Of a stretch of DNA of 64,000 nucleotides, positions 1 through 9,157 are shown piece after piece (position 1 is the first letter of the stretch; each line of letters opens with the position of its first letter). This DNA is from an uncultured Gemmatimonadales bacterium (GTDB taxonomy: Bacteria > Gemmatimonadota > Gemmatimonadetes > Gemmatimonadales > GWC2-71-9): the NCBI GenBank assembly GCA_963779755.1, contig CAVZZO010000003.1:992001-1056000 (forward strand), read 5' to 3'. The position numbers and the translations under genes were made by a program. The notes under the pieces were generated by a model, which saw only the letters and a list, made by a program, of their open reading frames with translations, was not told the DNA's origin and ran no database searches.

Positions 1-1435
1 GGCGATCATTACCGCCCAGAGCGGCGGCTTCTCGGGCATCTCGACGATCACGGTCCTTGAACCGGTGGTGGTGGTGGAACTCCAGGCGAGTACGCTCCTG
101 ATCGATGTGGGCGACACGGTGCAGTTCTCCGCCACGCCCAAGGACGGCAACGGCCGCGCCCTCAACCGGCCGGTGACCTGGGGCAGCAGCAACACCTCCG
201 TGGCGACGGTGGACGAGAGCGGCCGCATCATCGGCAGCGGGGTCGGAAGCACGACCATTTCGGCCTCGGCCGGCGGGATGCACGGCTCAGTGAATCTCGA
301 CGTGCAGGCCGCCGCGGCCTCGATCATCATCACCAGCAATGCCTCGGGCAACGGGCCGCTGCTGATTGATTCCACGCTGCAGCTCACCGCCACGGTGAAG
401 GACGGGGCGGGCAACACCCTGAACCGGAACGTGAGCTGGGCGAGCGGGAACGAGGGCATCGCCGCGGTCGATAACAACGGGCTGGTGACGGGCGTCGCGA
501 GCGGCAACGCCACCATTACGGCGACCTCCGGCCGCACCGCGGGCACCTTCGACGTGCGCGTGGTGGGTGAAGGCGGCGAAACGTCGGTGGGCAACAACCT
601 GTCGGTGCCGGTGGTGTTCGCCGAGGGTATCGGCGTCACCGGGCTCGCGGTGGCGACCGATCACGGCCTCCGGCCCACCGCGGAAGAGGGGATCGTCGTG
701 GACGCCCTGCCGTTCTTCTACAGCGGCAACACGCCTGACTGCGACAGCTACTATTGCCAGCAGGGAACCAACACGTGGCAGGCGGAGTGGCTGGATGGCT
801 CCACGGGCGGGGCGCGCCGCGCCGAAGTGGCGTGGGGGGACAATCTGACGCACCACCAGTGGAACACCCACAACCAGATCCGGGTGGAGGTGGTGCTCAC
901 CGATCTGGACGCGCAGCTCCAGGGCTTCAACATGCCGTACGTGGTCGGCTCAGGCAGCACCGAAATGCAGGGCACCGACGGAACGAACGCCGCGATGTCC
1001 GCGACCATCTACTCCTCAACCCCGCGGCTGATCATCGAGAAGCTCGACGACGTCACCCGGCAGCCGATCTTCACCGCCTTTAACGCATCGGTGTGGGAAG
1101 CCTACGGCCAGGACGGCCCCGGGTTCTACGGCGCCGAGGTCAACGTCGCCGGCAAGATCATCTACGGCTTCAACTTCACCATCCGCGACGTGGCGGTGCC
1201 CTCGGACATCCATAAGTTCGGGTGGTGGAGGCTCACCTTCACCCTCGATCCCGAGAGCCAGGTCGGCGGGGCCAGCATTCCGCGCAATGTTCAGTTGATC
1301 CAGCTTGCCAGCCCCGAAGAGAGCGAAGACAGCGAGCCGCTTCTGTTCACTCCGGAGCTTTCGACAGACGGAATCACGAGCTGGCTGGACATCGAGGTCA
1401 AGTCCGCCAGCGGTGGGGGCGGCGGCGGCCATTGA
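1..1435 (+). CDS. Ig-like (Big_2) repeat surface protein with an uncharacterised C-terminal domain; 5' end lies outside the window
   Basis: The frame is open from base 2 (AIITAQSGGFSG...). Two Big_2-type repeats are visible (VTWGSSNTSVATVD..G.I.G, VSWASGNEGIAAVD..GLVTG). Confidence 0.75.
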   Translation, partial: AIITAQSGGFSGISTITVLEPVVVVELQASTLLIDVGDTVQFSATPKDGNGRALNRPVTWGSSNTSVATVDESGRIIGSGVGSTTISASAGGMHGSVNLDVQAAAASIIITSNASGNGPLLIDSTLQLTATVKDGAGNTLNRNVSWASGNEGIAAVDNNGLVTGVASGNATITATSGRTAGTFDVRVVGEGGETSVGNNLSVPVVFAEGIGVTGLAVATDHGLRPTAEEGIVVDALPFFYSGNTPDCDSYYCQQGTNTWQAEWLDGSTGGARRAEVAWGDNLTHHQWNTHNQIRVEVVLTDLDAQLQGFNMPYVVGSGSTEMQGTDGTNAAMSATIYSSTPRLIIEKLDDVTRQPIFTAFNASVWEAYGQDGPGFYGAEVNVAGKIIYGFNFTIRDVAVPSDIHKFGWWRLTFTLDPESQVGGASIPRNVQLIQLASPEESEDSEPLLFTPELSTDGITSWLDIEVKSASGGGGGGH

Positions 1436-1496
1436 GGCCCGGCAACCCCGCTCTCGGACGGCGCCCAGCAGTCAGGGGCGCCGTCCCCTTTGCCGG

Positions 1497-2147
1497 TCAG
1501 TCCAGCCCCGGGAACCAGCGGATCATGACCTGGCTGCTGGTTTCCAGCATGCTGCCGCCGATCCTGGGATTCTCCGCCGGGACGGGTGGAGGGGGGGAAG
1601 TGACGCTGTGCACGTCTCCCCGGAAGGTATAGACCAGCTCGATTTCCGCGCCCAGACTGAACTGGGGGACAAAGTAGTATTCCCCGCCGGTTGCGATGCC
1701 CAGGAAGGTGTCGGTGGAACTGGCACTATTGCTGCTCTGGCTGCCGTTCAGGGTCGAGCGGAGGCTGGCCGACCGATGCCGGACCCCCAACTGGGGACCG
1801 GCGTAGGCGGTAAAGGACCGCGAGGCGGGAAACAGGTAGTAGATCCCCAGACTGAGCCGAAGCAGGGAGGCGTGTTGGGAGGTGGTGCTGGTGCTGGTGG
1901 TTTCGTCGTCCGTTTCACGGACGTATCCTATTCGGGGCTCGACCCGGAGGCGCCGTGTCACCCTGACCGGCACCATGATATTCCCGGGCCGGCCGCTGAA
2001 ATCGAGCCCGCCCAGCAGGCTGAAGCCGTCGGTCGGCGTCAGGTCCAGTCCGGCCCCGAATCCCACGCTGGGATAGGTATCCTGGGCCGGGCAGGGCGTC
2101 GTACCAAGCGACAGGGCCGTCAGCGCAAGCAGCAGCGGGAGCTTCAC
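1497..2147 (-). CDS. Outer membrane beta-barrel protein (OmpA/OmpW-like)
   Basis: Signal peptide MKLPLLLALTALSLG; alternating beta-strand pattern (GGEYYF, FSLGAEIEL); aromatic residues near the C-terminus. Confidence 0.6.
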   Translation of the reverse strand: MKLPLLLALTALSLGTTPCPAQDTYPSVGFGAGLDLTPTDGFSLLGGLDFSGRPGNIMVPVRVTRRLRVEPRIGYVRETDDETTSTSTTSQHASLLRLSLGIYYLFPASRSFTAYAGPQLGVRHRSASLRSTLNGSQSSNSASSTDTFLGIATGGEYYFVPQFSLGAEIELVYTFRGDVHSVTSPPPPVPAENPRIGGSMLETSSQVMIRWFPGLD

Positions 2148-2249
2148 GAAGGATCTCCGGGTTCAGGGGAAGGCCAGGGCGGGCGGCGTCAACATTCCGG
2201 ACAGCCCCATCGTAATGATGAGAGGAATGCGGGAGAGTAGATTTCAGAC

Positions 2250-3161
2250 GTGAAACGTCTCGATACGGGCTTTCGCCTGCGGCGCGCCGACTGGTCGGTG
2301 GATCCGCTGCTTGCCCCGCACCGCCGCCCCTGGGTCGGTCTGCTCGCGAGCGTGCTGGCGCACAGCCTGCTGGTGCTGCTGTTGCTGGGACTGCTGACAA
2401 AGCACCAGGACACATCGGCCCCGGACCAGCCGGCGTCGGCCTCTGCCCTGCCGCAGGTGGCGATGGTCTACCTGCCGCCGCCACCCCGCGCGGCACCGGC
2501 GCCGCGGCCTGCGCCTCCGCGGCAGGTCCAGCCGGTAAGCCCCGACGCCGTGCACGCGCCGACCGCGGCACCCAGTCGCGGCCCGCAACCCCGCACCGAT
2601 GACGTCTCCGGCCGCGAGTCTCCCGGCCGCACTCCCCCGCAGCCCGAGGAGCCCCCGGCGCAACCCGCCACCGAGTCTCCGAAGACTGCACCGGCGCCGA
2701 CGCCTCCGTCTGTGACCCTCAGCACGGCTCCCCTGGCGCCGGATACGGCCACGATGATCTCGGAGGCACAGCGGATCTTCGGGCGCCCGCGACGCCTGGC
2801 GCAGAACGACGCCGCCGGCCTCGGTGCTCCCACCCTCCCCGGCGAGCACTATTCCGCCGAGCGCACCAGCTGCCTGCCGCCGCCACCCGCACCGGGCGAG
2901 AAGCCCGAGCTGGCGGAAGTATCCGGCGTCATTTTCCAGCCCAACCACCGGCCGCTGGGAGGCGCGCTGCTGCAGATCGTCGGCACGCAATATTCAGCGT
3001 TCAGTGACGACCGGGGCTATTACAAGCTGGTGTTCGACGCGGCACTGGTAACCCAGTGCCGGACCCAGTATGTCCGGGTGACCGCCCAGGGCTTCCGGGC
3101 CCGCGACCTGATCCTCGGCCTGGGGCCCGGGGTCAACGACGTGACCCTGCAGCGCTTCTGA
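2250..3161 (+). CDS. Membrane-anchored Pro-rich protein with a C-terminal carboxypeptidase-regulatory-like domain
   Basis: TonB-like TM helix (SVLAHSLLVLLLL), long P/A-rich linker, then VSGVI...PLGGALLQIVGT...SDDRGYYKL. Confidence 0.55.
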   Translation: MKRLDTGFRLRRADWSVDPLLAPHRRPWVGLLASVLAHSLLVLLLLGLLTKHQDTSAPDQPASASALPQVAMVYLPPPPRAAPAPRPAPPRQVQPVSPDAVHAPTAAPSRGPQPRTDDVSGRESPGRTPPQPEEPPAQPATESPKTAPAPTPPSVTLSTAPLAPDTATMISEAQRIFGRPRRLAQNDAAGLGAPTLPGEHYSAERTSCLPPPPAPGEKPELAEVSGVIFQPNHRPLGGALLQIVGTQYSAFSDDRGYYKLVFDAALVTQCRTQYVRVTAQGFRARDLILGLGPGVNDVTLQRF

Positions 3162-4281
3162 GGACGCTCACCGCGGCAAACCGCTCGCGGTCGACGAGCG
3201 AACCTGCCGACGTGCCGGGCACCGCCATCCGTCCCTTCTCGTTCATCGTCATCTCCACCACATCCCGGCCTTGGCCGAACCAGCGGGCGCTGGGCTCGAG
3301 GTCGGACACGTGGGTACAGAGCGGGAGCGATGCGACCGCCAGGGCCGCCTGTGAGCCGATCCCGCTTTCGGGCATGGTACCGGCCCAGAGCTTCGCGCCG
3401 CACTCGGCCGCCAGCCGGTAGATCCGCAGCACCTCGCTCAGGCCGCCGACGCGGTGCACCTTGATGTTCCAGATCAGGGGCCCCGAGAGCTCCACCACCT
3501 GGCGCGCGGCACCGGCATCCCGCAGGGTCTCGTCCAGGCAGAGCGGCGTCCGCAGCTCGGCCGCTAGGCGCGCATGCCCGACCAGCTCGCCCGGCGACAG
3601 CGGCTGCTCGATATAGAGCAACCCGGCATCGTCCAGGTCGAGCAGGCTCGACTCTGCGGCGGGCCAGGCGTAGGCCCCATTGGCATCGGCCGTCAGCGGC
3701 AGCCCGCTGCCGCGCAGCGCCCGCTGCACCTCGCGCACCGGCACGACATCCCATCCGGGTGCGATCTTGATCTTGACCCGCCGGTAACCGTGCCCCACGG
3801 CTTCTTCCACCCAGCGGCACAGGGTCTCCGGCGTCCGGTCTTCGGGGATCCCCAGGGCGACGCCGCAGGGAATGCTGGCGGCGGGCTGTGTCCCCAGCCG
3901 CCCGGCCAGGAGCTGCGCCAGGCCGGTCTTGTTGCGGGCGGCCTCGAGATCCCAGGCGGCGGTCTCCAGCGCGGCGCGAGCAAAGGGGTTCCCACGAATG
4001 CCCCGGCGCAGCTCGGCATCCAGCTCTTCGGGTGAATCGAAGCTGGCACCCGCGAGCCGGGGAATGAGGACCCGGGTAAGGAGATCCTCCGCCCCGGGGA
4101 GCGTTTCCTCGGAATAGAACGGCAACTCGAAGGGCGGGCATTCCCCCCAGCCCTCGTGACCTTCGTCGTCCAGCAGCCGGACAATGAGCGACCGCCGGCC
4201 GGGAATGGAGCCACCCGAAATGATGAAGGGGTGGAGGAAGGGGATATTGAGCCCGTAGAGCTCGATGCGTTCTATCTTCAT
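3133..4281 (-). CDS. o-succinylbenzoate synthase / N-acylamino acid racemase (enolase superfamily)
   Basis: GWGEC, KIKI (KxK), DAN, EQP, LDE and NIK motifs of the MLE/OSBS subgroup. No other men genes are nearby, so menC is not asserted. Confidence 0.8.
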   Translation of the reverse strand: MKIERIELYGLNIPFLHPFIISGGSIPGRRSLIVRLLDDEGHEGWGECPPFELPFYSEETLPGAEDLLTRVLIPRLAGASFDSPEELDAELRRGIRGNPFARAALETAAWDLEAARNKTGLAQLLAGRLGTQPAASIPCGVALGIPEDRTPETLCRWVEEAVGHGYRRVKIKIAPGWDVVPVREVQRALRGSGLPLTADANGAYAWPAAESSLLDLDDAGLLYIEQPLSPGELVGHARLAAELRTPLCLDETLRDAGAARQVVELSGPLIWNIKVHRVGGLSEVLRIYRLAAECGAKLWAGTMPESGIGSQAALAVASLPLCTHVSDLEPSARWFGQGRDVVEMTMNEKGRMAVPGTSAGSLVDRERFAAVSVLRSAAGSRR

Positions 4282-4299
4282 GATTGTTCCGGCCGGAAA

Positions 4300-4368
4300 T
4301 GAACCGCGAAGACGCCAAGTACGCGAAGCTACGCCTTCCCTTCGCGCTCTTCGCGTCTTTGCGGTTCA
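4300..4368. repeat. Inverted pair of 9-bp-period repeats (29-bp arms, 11-nt loop)
   Basis: tgaaccgcgaagacgccaagtacgcgaag (4300-4328) versus cttcgcgctcttcgcgtctttgcggttca (4340-4368). Confidence 0.85.
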
Positions 4369-5505
4369 ACCCTTACCAATCAGGTCCAGGAACCGCAGCT
4401 CGCCGTCATGGCGCGCGAGCACCCCGGCGCCCTCCAGCTCCAGCATCACCGCTACCAGCCCGTCCACCGGATGAAACAGCAGCGCGTGCAGCGCGCGCGA
4501 CTGGCGGCTGCCGCCGGAGGCGGGATAGCACGACAAGGGCACCTGGAACCAGGTATGCAGCTGGACGCTTTCGCAGCCCCGGCGGGCATATTCCGCGACC
4601 ATGCGCCCGGAGACGATATTGCCCGTCCCCGAGAGCGGCGGCAGGCTCTCGCCCCGAGCCAGGTCCAGCACCCGGAGATTCCGATCGCTCAGGTCCCACC
4701 CGCCGTAGGCCACGCCGCGGCCGGGATCGAACAGGCGGTTGAACACCACCAGCTGATCGGCGCCGGCGGCGGCGGCGGCCCGCATCATCTCCAACTGGAA
4801 TCGATCGTCGAAGCGGGCATTCATCAGCTTCATCGCCACCCGCACGCCGTCCGGCGCCGATTCCCGGATCAGGCCCGGCACCTCGCGCAGCCAGCGGAGA
4901 ATCTGCTCCCGCAGGCCGGAGAGGCTGTCGCCCGCCAGCGTGGGTGAGAAGTCCTTCTCCAGCAGGAGCGGCGGCTCCCGCCATGCCTCGGCCAACCGGC
5001 GCGTGGTATAGCGATACTCCGCCAGGCGGAACGGCTCTTCCAGAGACGGCAGGTGATACTTGACGGATGGAACGGCGAGCAGCCGGCCGGCGCGGGCGAG
5101 ATCGCGCCCGGCGCGCACCAGGGCGAGATACTCCTCCAGGCTGCGGTCCCAGCCGCGCCCCTTCCAGGTCACGGTCCAGCCCTCCCGTCCGCTGACCGAG
5201 GATCGTCGCTCCACCTTCATCCGGGACTCGGGCACGGCCCAGGCCGCCATGGCCTGTTCACCCGATTCATCGCAGGCGATCACGGTCTTGAGCACGGTAA
5301 AGGCCAGGCCTGCTTCGGCGTCGGCCTCCAGCTGCTCCGGCTTGAGCGAGAGCTGGCCGCTGGCCTTGCCGATGGGATGCGGCAGCTCGCAACCCTGGTA
5401 GCGGGCGCTCAGGTTGATCCGGTAGGCCTCGCGGACATACCCCGCCGGATCGGGCGGCATGGCGCGCCCGAACCGCTCGAAATCACGCGCCAGGATTGCA
5501 GGCAT
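4366..5505 (-). CDS. Dihydroorotate/dihydropyrimidine dehydrogenase-like FMN TIM-barrel protein (divergent)
   Basis: HPIGKASG, VLKTV, AMKL, VFNR, SGTGNI and SVQLHT follow the DHODH motif order. ATG at 5505 overlaps the upstream gene. Confidence 0.6.
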   Translation of the reverse strand: MPAILARDFERFGRAMPPDPAGYVREAYRINLSARYQGCELPHPIGKASGQLSLKPEQLEADAEAGLAFTVLKTVIACDESGEQAMAAWAVPESRMKVERRSSVSGREGWTVTWKGRGWDRSLEEYLALVRAGRDLARAGRLLAVPSVKYHLPSLEEPFRLAEYRYTTRRLAEAWREPPLLLEKDFSPTLAGDSLSGLREQILRWLREVPGLIRESAPDGVRVAMKLMNARFDDRFQLEMMRAAAAAGADQLVVFNRLFDPGRGVAYGGWDLSDRNLRVLDLARGESLPPLSGTGNIVSGRMVAEYARRGCESVQLHTWFQVPLSCYPASGGSRQSRALHALLFHPVDGLVAVMLELEGAGVLARHDGELRFLDLIGKG

Positions 5506-6370
5506 GACGTACGGCCCGGACGACCGCCGCCCGTTCGCCGGGAGCGGGCGCCGGTCCCCAGGGATCGTCGCAGGCGTCGTCGGGAATGACGCCGCCGGCG
5601 GCCAGCGCCCAGAGCATCCGGCGGATGTAACCCTCCATGGGAGGCACGAATGTCGCCTGCGCCAGCGCGTCACAGGCCGATGAGAGCCGGTGGAACTCCG
5701 CCAGTGCGCCGGTGCGCCACGTCTCCAGGAGCTTTGCCTGCAGCGCGGTACAGGCCGCGCCCATCCCGATGAGCGCCCCCCGGGCGCCCAGCATGAGCGA
5801 GTAGCCCAGAAACCGGTCCTCTCCAGTGAGCAGCACCTTGTCGGGATGCGCAGACATGACCGTGGCCAGGTGCTGGAAGGTCATGACGGAATCGAGCGTG
5901 GCCACCTTGAGCCCGACCACGGCGGGAAGATCGAGAACGGCATGCAGAGTCGCGTCGTCGTAGGCTACCCCGCCTGCCGCCTGGTAGAGGTAGAAGGCGA
6001 TGACCGGCAGCTCCCCGGAGAGGCGGCGATGGTATTCGACCGGCTGCGAGGCGACCGGAAACGCCAGCAGCGCGTCGGCCCCGCCCTGCTTCGCCTCCGC
6101 GGCCCTGGCCGGAGTAGAAGCGCCGGCAACCAGCAGCCGGCCGGGGAGCGCGGCGCGCCAGGTTTCGATTACTTCCCGGCGCTGGCCGGCATCCAGATGC
6201 GGCCCCCGGCCGGTATGGGCCCAAACGGCCACCCCGGCCACCGGCTGCTCCGCCATCCAGCGGGCATAGTCCCGCTGGGCGGCGCCCGCGATGGCGGCCC
6301 CCCTGAACGGCACCGGCACCGCGGGGATCAGGCCTCCGTCCAGCCGAGCGGCGATCTCCGCCGGCGTCAC
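5483..6370 (-). CDS. Dihydrodipicolinate synthase (DHDPS/NAL) family aldolase
   Basis: GLIPAVPVPF, VWAHTGRG, AFY, GLKVA (Schiff-base Lys), TGED. GTG start overlaps the upstream stop (GTGA). Confidence 0.8.
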   Translation of the reverse strand: MTPAEIAARLDGGLIPAVPVPFRGAAIAGAAQRDYARWMAEQPVAGVAVWAHTGRGPHLDAGQRREVIETWRAALPGRLLVAGASTPARAAEAKQGGADALLAFPVASQPVEYHRRLSGELPVIAFYLYQAAGGVAYDDATLHAVLDLPAVVGLKVATLDSVMTFQHLATVMSAHPDKVLLTGEDRFLGYSLMLGARGALIGMGAACTALQAKLLETWRTGALAEFHRLSSACDALAQATFVPPMEGYIRRMLWALAAGGVIPDDACDDPWGPAPAPGERAAVVRAVRHACNPGA

Positions 6371-7140
6371 CGGTGCGCTATCCGATCTGCGTTGCCGTGC
6401 TCGATCCGCTCCCGATCGTCTGCCGGCAGATCGAGCAGGTCGAGGCGGGCCACCGGCGTCTCCGGCAGCCGGAGCGGCATCCCGCTGCCGAAGACCAACC
6501 GCGCGGGCCCCAGGGTATCGAGCAGCGTGGCCAGATGCTCCTCGGGCGGCCCCCAGATCCAGCTGATGTCCCACCAGAGACGCGACGCCTCCTCCGCCGT
6601 AGAGCCGAAATGCACCTCTTCGATGAACGGACGGTCCGCATGGGTAACCAGCAGCTTCAGGCCGGGAACCCGGCGAATGAGCGCGCGGACCGCCGACGGC
6701 GGGAGGTCGCCCGCGGTGTCGAGCGGGTGCCGCTGGCGCATGTCCTCGAGCCGCACCGCCAGCATCATGGGCAGCCCGCGCTCCGCCGCGGCCGCCGCCA
6801 GGTCGAGGTAGGGCGGGGCCTCGGCGGTGATCCCCATCCAGGGTGGATCGCAGCGAACCGCCGCCGCGCCCCGGTCCACCGCCTCGCTCAGAACGTCCCG
6901 CCAGTCGGCAAAGTCGGGATGCACAAAGGGCACCGCCCGGAACCGTGGCTCGGAGGCGGCGAGGTGATACAACCAGCCGTTCCCCTCGGTCGGATCGCGC
7001 CACCAGAAACCGGGGAGATGGGTGAGCCAGCTCCGGGTGATCCCGGCGCGGTCCATCGCCGCCAGCAGCGACGCCGGGTCGGTGCCCGGCAGCTTCCGCC
7101 AGGGATAGGCTCCGACATAGCAGGTGGTATCGATAATCAT
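6367..7140 (-). CDS. Amidohydrolase-2 family protein with a degenerate metal motif
   Basis: MIIDTTCYVG in place of DxHxH; RLVFGSGMP in place of FGSD. Translationally coupled on both sides. Confidence 0.7.
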   Translation of the reverse strand: MIIDTTCYVGAYPWRKLPGTDPASLLAAMDRAGITRSWLTHLPGFWWRDPTEGNGWLYHLAASEPRFRAVPFVHPDFADWRDVLSEAVDRGAAAVRCDPPWMGITAEAPPYLDLAAAAAERGLPMMLAVRLEDMRQRHPLDTAGDLPPSAVRALIRRVPGLKLLVTHADRPFIEEVHFGSTAEEASRLWWDISWIWGPPEEHLATLLDTLGPARLVFGSGMPLRLPETPVARLDLLDLPADDRERIEHGNADRIAHR

Positions 7141-7955
7141 CGCGGCTCGCCGGGAATGGCCGCATCGAAGGCGCCGGCCGGGAAGATGGCCGCCGCGTTG
7201 CGCCAGGCGATCTGTTCCAGCTCCGCCGGCGGCAACAGCCGCTCCAGATAGCGCAGCTTGGCCCAGCCGGTGCCAATGGTGAGATCACACCCCCAGAGCA
7301 GCCGGCCCGCACCGACGGAGTCGAGACAGGCTTCGAGCATCCCGCCGTCGACCCCGCTGCCGGAGAGATCGACGAAGACATTCGCCGCGCCGCGTACCGC
7401 GTGCAGGGAGTGGAGCCAGTCGCCTCCGCCTCCGATGTGCGCCAGGATGAAGCGCACACCGGGGTGCCGCAATGCCAGGGTCACCAACTCGGCTGCGTCC
7501 GAGGCTTCCTGCCCGGGCCAGTCGCGGCGCCGGTGCTGCCAGACATGGTGGAGCACCGGGACCCCGTGTTCCTCCGCCTTGCGGCAGACGGGATCGAGCA
7601 GGGGATCGGTCGCACGGCGGCTGGCGGCCAGCTTGACCCCGACCATCCCTGCGTGAACACAGCGGTCGATCTCCGCCAGCGCATGTTCGGGGAAGTTGGG
7701 GTTCACCGCGACATATCCCCGGATGCGATCGGGATGCTCCCGTTGCAGGGCCAGCATGCGGTCGTTACCGAAGGTGAGATCGGCCGGCGAGGGGAAGTAC
7801 ACGGGCGATGTCAGCCCCCAGCTCCCGAGAATGGAAGCAACGTGCCAGGTGATGCCCACCCGCTCGCCGGCCCGGAGCCGGCTCGCGTTCCGCTCCCGCC
7901 AGTCGGCGCGGGGCGTGCGTTCGTGGTAGAAATGGGCGTGGACGTCTATGAGCAT
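7137..7955 (-). CDS. Amidohydrolase-2 family protein
   Basis: IDVHAH, GVKL, PVLHH, FILAHIGG and LLWGCD motifs. Confidence 0.85.
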   Translation of the reverse strand: MLIDVHAHFYHERTPRADWRERNASRLRAGERVGITWHVASILGSWGLTSPVYFPSPADLTFGNDRMLALQREHPDRIRGYVAVNPNFPEHALAEIDRCVHAGMVGVKLAASRRATDPLLDPVCRKAEEHGVPVLHHVWQHRRRDWPGQEASDAAELVTLALRHPGVRFILAHIGGGGDWLHSLHAVRGAANVFVDLSGSGVDGGMLEACLDSVGAGRLLWGCDLTIGTGWAKLRYLERLLPPAELEQIAWRNAAAIFPAGAFDAAIPGEPR

Positions 7956-7975
7956 GGTCAAGTCGCCTCAGCGTG

Positions 7976-9157
7976 TCATCCTTCCCGCTCCATCTCTTCC
8001 AGCACCTCAGCCAGCACTTCCAGCGCCGAATCTATTTCGCTCTCGCCGTGCGCCAGGGAGACGAAGTTGTACGCCGAGCGCTTGAAAAGCAGCCCCCGCC
8101 GGGCGGCACCGCGTGCCAGCGCCGCGGAGAAGCGCTCGTCGGTGAACTCCAGGTGGCACATCTCCGGAATGCCCGCCGCGCGGCAGCGCAGCGCCGGATG
8201 GGCGGCGGCCAGCCGGTGGAGCCCCTGCAGCAGCCGGCCGCCGATCCGCTGAAGATGCCCCGGCACGTCGCGGTCGGCGGTGAGCCGGATGGCCGCCCGC
8301 GCCGCCGCCAGCGAGACCGTCTCCGCCGCCAGGGTGGAAGAAATCCAGGTCCGGCCGGCCTGGTCCATGATCTCCGAGCGGCCGCCGACCGCCGCCAGCG
8401 GAAACCCGTTCGCCAGCGCCTTCCCCAGCACCACCAGGTCGGGCCGGATACCATATCGCTCCACCGCTCCGCCCACCGCGATTCTGAACCCGGTCTTGAT
8501 TTCGTCGAACACCAGGACGGCGCCGCAGCGTCGGGTTTCGTCCCGCAGCGTCTGCAGCCAGCCGACGTCGGGCTCGGCCAGGATCACCGGCTCAATCACC
8601 ACCGCGGCGATCCGATCGCCCTGGTCGCGCAAGGCTGCGCGCGCCGCGCCGGAATCGTTGAACGGCAGCGTGCCGAAGAGGGCGGCAGTGGCTGCCGGAA
8701 CACCGGCGGTCTCCACCTGGCACCAGTCCAGCCACCCGTGATAGCCGCACCCCAGCACCCGGTCGCGTCTGGTGGCCGTTCGCGCCAGCCGGACCGCCGC
8801 GGCCACCGCTTCGGCGCCGGTCTTGAGAAAGCGGACCCGTTCCATCCAGGGCAGGTGCCGGGCCAGCAGCGCCGCGACCTCTTCTTCCAGCACCGGCGGC
8901 AGCGGACCGGCGACGCCGGCCGGGAGTATCTCCCGCACGGCTTGCAGGACCTCGGCGCGTCCGTAGCCCAGCGAGACGGCGCCCAGCGCCATGATGAAGT
9001 CCAGGAACTCGCGGCCATCCTCGTCCTGCACCAGGCAGCCTGATGCGGCCGTCATACGGAGCGGCAGGTCGTCCCATGGCGGCGGACCATAGAGCGCTTC
9101 CGGCCGCTTGCTGCCGGTGGAGGTGAAGCCCGGGATGCGCCGGTTCGAGTCCGTCAT
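7976..9157 (-). CDS. Class III PLP aminotransferase (GSA-aminomutase-like)
   Basis: DEDGREFLDF, KTGAEA, YHGW, FDEIKTGFR, GKALANGFP. Confidence 0.85.
   Translation of the reverse strand: MTDSNRRIPGFTSTGSKRPEALYGPPPWDDLPLRMTAASGCLVQDEDGREFLDFIMALGAVSLGYGRAEVLQAVREILPAGVAGPLPPVLEEEVAALLARHLPWMERVRFLKTGAEAVAAAVRLARTATRRDRVLGCGYHGWLDWCQVETAGVPAATAALFGTLPFNDSGAARAALRDQGDRIAAVVIEPVILAEPDVGWLQTLRDETRRCGAVLVFDEIKTGFRIAVGGAVERYGIRPDLVVLGKALANGFPLAAVGGRSEIMDQAGRTWISSTLAAETVSLAAARAAIRLTADRDVPGHLQRIGGRLLQGLHRLAAAHPALRCRAAGIPEMCHLEFTDERFSAALARGAARRGLLFKRSAYNFVSLAHGESEIDSALEVLAEVLEEMEREG

Noticed and set aside
3133..4281. Calling the enolase-family gene menC of menaquinone synthesis
   Set aside because: No other men genes are nearby and the context is catabolic. 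OSBS/NAAAR enzymes are promiscuous.
7976..9157. Calling the aminotransferase hemL
   Set aside because: It is shorter, lacks tetrapyrrole gene context, and sits in a sugar-type operon.
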